From positions 1 to 51,768 of the forward strand of contig DQWH01000070.1 in NCBI GenBank assembly GCA_011042635.1: a stretch of 51,768 nt of DNA. The letters are read 5' to 3'. The notes under the pieces were generated by a model. That model saw only the letters and a program-made list of their open reading frames with translations, was not told where the DNA came from and ran no database searches. The first letter of the stretch is position 1. Every line of letters starts with the position of its first letter. This document shows, one piece after another, positions 49,684 through 51,768 of the stretch. Source of the DNA: Bacteroidota bacterium (GTDB lineage Bacteria; Bacteroidota; Bacteroidia; Bacteroidales; VadinHA17). Position numbers and translations under genes: made by a program.

Positions 49684-49911
49684 ATGAAAAAAATAAGGGA
49701 CTTTTTGTTTAATGTCGGGTTTCATTGCGTATTGCTTGGGATCCTAGGTATTTTTGCCATTATCGTGATCGGATGCATCACCTGCATCGCAGACCTGCCA
49801 CCCCGGTATTTTTACATTGCCCTGGCAGTAGGTCTGGCATGCGGTATCATTGCCTCCATTTGTTGCATCCGGAAAAACTGCAGTCTCTTCAAAAAAGACA
49901 ATTCTTCCTGA
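49684..49911 (+). CDS. Small (75 aa) two-TM protein with 7 Cys, unknown function
   Basis: MKKIRDFLF start downstream of a promoter; two hydrophobic helices; CITC and CC motifs; followed by a terminator-like hairpin. Confidence 0.65.
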   Translation: MKKIRDFLFNVGFHCVLLGILGIFAIIVIGCITCIADLPPRYFYIALAVGLACGIIASICCIRKNCSLFKKDNSS

Positions 49912-49961
49912 GAAAAAAGAAAAATCATAGTTAATAAGGTTTCGCTTTACAGAGTAAATTT

Positions 49962-49988
49962 TCCCCGTATCTTTACGGGGATTTTTTT
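49962..49988 (+). terminator. Intrinsic terminator-like hairpin just before mobA
   Basis: TCCCCGTA-TCTT-TACGGGGA followed by T7. Confidence 0.65.
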
Positions 49989-49992
49989 ATCA

Positions 49993-50580
49993 ATGACCAT
50001 CCATCCATGTGTCACCGGAATGGTTCTGGCCGGGGGAAAAAGCTCCCGGATGGGAACCGACAAGGCGTTGCTCCCCTGGGGAAAAACCAGTATGCTGGAA
50101 CATGCTGCTAACCGGTTGAGATCAGTCTGCCATGAAGTGGTAATCAGCAGCAACGACAGGAAACACCGGATTCCCGGGTTTGCGCTGATTCCCGACATAG
50201 TACCGGGAATAGGTCCCCTGGGGGGGATCCTGTCGGTTATGAAACACCGGAATGACGATTATTTTCTGGTACTTTCGGTTGACCTGCCACTGGTTACTGC
50301 CGCCATTCTGGAACAGATCCTGTCTTTCCGGAAATCGTACAGCCTGGTTATTCCCGTAAACAGCAACGGCATGCCCCAACCCACCTGTGCCTGTTATCAC
50401 AGAAAGCTGCTTCCGCTGATGGAACAAATGATGCGGCAGGGGGTATACAGCCTACGCCCCCTGATCGGCCATCCTGAATGTTTTTCTTTACCTGTTCAGG
50501 ATTTTCCCGATACATTTACACCCGATACTTTCATCAATATAAATCATCCTGAGATATATGAAAAGTACCGGCCTGGATAA
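49993..50580 (+). CDS. mobA: Molybdenum cofactor guanylyltransferase
   Basis: VLAGGKSSRMGTDKALL, GPLGGI, SVDLP, QPTCACY, FININ. Confidence 0.9.
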   Translation: MTIHPCVTGMVLAGGKSSRMGTDKALLPWGKTSMLEHAANRLRSVCHEVVISSNDRKHRIPGFALIPDIVPGIGPLGGILSVMKHRNDDYFLVLSVDLPLVTAAILEQILSFRKSYSLVIPVNSNGMPQPTCACYHRKLLPLMEQMMRQGVYSLRPLIGHPECFSLPVQDFPDTFTPDTFININHPEIYEKYRPG

Positions 50581-51768
50581 AAAATACCCGCACCGGAGCC
50601 CGGGAAGAACCACCGGGCAGGACATATGGATAAAAGCCGCTGTGGCCGGAGGATTCTGGGCAGCCATCGAGATCATTATCGGAAGTTTTCTTCACAATAT
50701 GCACCTGCCTTTTGCCGGATCGCTTCTCACATTTCTGGGCGTGGTGATTACCGCTTCATTTTACCGGATCTGGCCGGAAAACGGATTGCTCTGGCGTGCC
50801 GGAGTGATATGTGCCCTGATGAAATCGGTCTCTCCCAGTGCCATCATTCTGGGACCGATGATCGGAATACTGACCGAGGCGGTGATTATGGACCTGGCAT
50901 TACGCTTTATGGGCAACCGGCTTATGGCGTACATCACAGGAGGCGTTCTGGCCATGTTCAGTACCCTGATCCATAAAATAATCACCCTGCTGATCCTGTA
51001 CGGAATGAATCTGGTTCGCATTGCTGAAAACCTGTATTATTTCTCCATCAAGCAGATAGAGACCGACCGGTATACTCTCTGGATACTCCTGGCATTCATT
51101 GCGCTGTTTTACCTGGCCGGAGGCATAGCCGGAGGATGGATAGGGTACCGTACCGGGAACCGTTTGAATATGAACGCCATATCATCAGGCACTCTGAAGG
51201 GCTCCCACGACCAGCATTTTCTCAATGAAACCCCTGCCGGCCGGAAATATTCCGTATGGCTCCTTGCCGCGTATGTGCTTCTGATTCCGGCCGGCCTGAT
51301 CGTGACCTCCCGGGCTGGCTTGTGGGTGGCCGCTCTGTTAACCCTGTGCCTTACCCTGCTTGTTGCCCTGCTCTATCCCGGGTCGGTGAGAAAAATAAGG
51401 AAACCGATGTTCTGGGTGCAGTTTTTCGTTGTGATTATTTCAGCGTCATTTTTTCTCGGGAATATCGACCGGCAGGATCCCGGCTGGTCAGTAAACGGCC
51501 TGCACGAGGGGGTCAGGATGTGCCTGCGGGCTCTGATCGTGTATTTCGGTTTTTCTGCCATCAGCAATGAACTGCGGAATCCGGTGGTAACCCGCATCCT
51601 TACCCGGCGCGGACTCGAAAACCTGTATGTTTCTCTCAGCCTGGCATTTATGGTCCTGCCTCATGTAGCCAGAAAAATAACAGGTCCGCGACGGATGATC
51701 ACACGCCCGGGTGCTTCCCTGATCAGCCTGCTGAATGAAGCCGAGAGATGGCTGGAAGAGATCAGGAA
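50558..51768 (+). CDS. Polytopic membrane protein, possibly a fused ECF S+T-like transporter (3' truncated; absent from ORF track)
   Basis: Hand translation from ATG 50558 is stop-free to the window end (~403 codons): WIKAAVAGGFWAAIEIIIGSFLHN..PFAG...RAGVICALMKSVSPSAIILGPMIGILTEA...MCLRALIV..GFSAISNELRNP...LSLAFMVLP; many TM segments. Confidence 0.75.
   Translation, partial: MKSTGLDKKYPHRSPGRTTGQDIWIKAAVAGGFWAAIEIIIGSFLHNMHLPFAGSLLTFLGVVITASFYRIWPENGLLWRAGVICALMKSVSPSAIILGPMIGILTEAVIMDLALRFMGNRLMAYITGGVLAMFSTLIHKIITLLILYGMNLVRIAENLYYFSIKQIETDRYTLWILLAFIALFYLAGGIAGGWIGYRTGNRLNMNAISSGTLKGSHDQHFLNETPAGRKYSVWLLAAYVLLIPAGLIVTSRAGLWVAALLTLCLTLLVALLYPGSVRKIRKPMFWVQFFVVIISASFFLGNIDRQDPGWSVNGLHEGVRMCLRALIVYFGFSAISNELRNPVVTRILTRRGLENLYVSLSLAFMVLPHVARKITGPRRMITRPGASLISLLNEAERWLEEIR

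Noticed and set aside
50626-50976. ORF-track calls 50626-50976, 50761-51021, 51256-51570 and 51373-51597
   Set aside because: All overlap, in other frames, the long membrane-protein ORF starting at 50558
38639-51768. Respiratory module as a mobile genomic island
   Set aside because: No integrase, transposase, tRNA or flanking direct repeat seen, and coding composition looks similar to the rest of the window by eye; the right border lies outside the window

Overview
Bacteroidota (Bacteroidales-like) chromosomal window. The assignment rests on TAnnTTTG promoters, a porP-K-L-M-N type IX secretion operon and the glmS/DUF4270/panCD synteny. Bases 1-38.6 kb are mostly housekeeping and envelope genes: the 3' end of nrdJ, divergent kbl/tdh, a Wbp-type nucleotide-sugar cluster with galE and rfbB, glmS, panCD, radA, PBP1A, topA, the T9SS core, manC, mlaEF and a methionine gamma-lyase-like gene. 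The last ~13 kb (38.6-51.8 kb) is the highlight, an apparently self-contained anaerobic sulfur (or selenium) respiration module. One arm encodes PsrABC-type molybdoenzyme subunits, a split YeeE/YedE sulfur-transporter pair, and two membrane-anchored rhodanese-fold proteins that lack the catalytic Cys but both end in a SoxY-like 'TTIQGGC' arm. The divergent arm encodes a Rieske protein and a cytochrome b fused to an 11-12-heme cytochrome c. These are followed by a Cys-bearing Crp/Fnr regulator with a perfect TGTGA-N6-TCACA site, a small 7-Cys membrane protein, mobA, and an ECF-like membrane protein missing from the ORF track. No rRNA, tRNA, CRISPR array or transposase was recognised. All calls come from reading motifs by eye; no database search was run.
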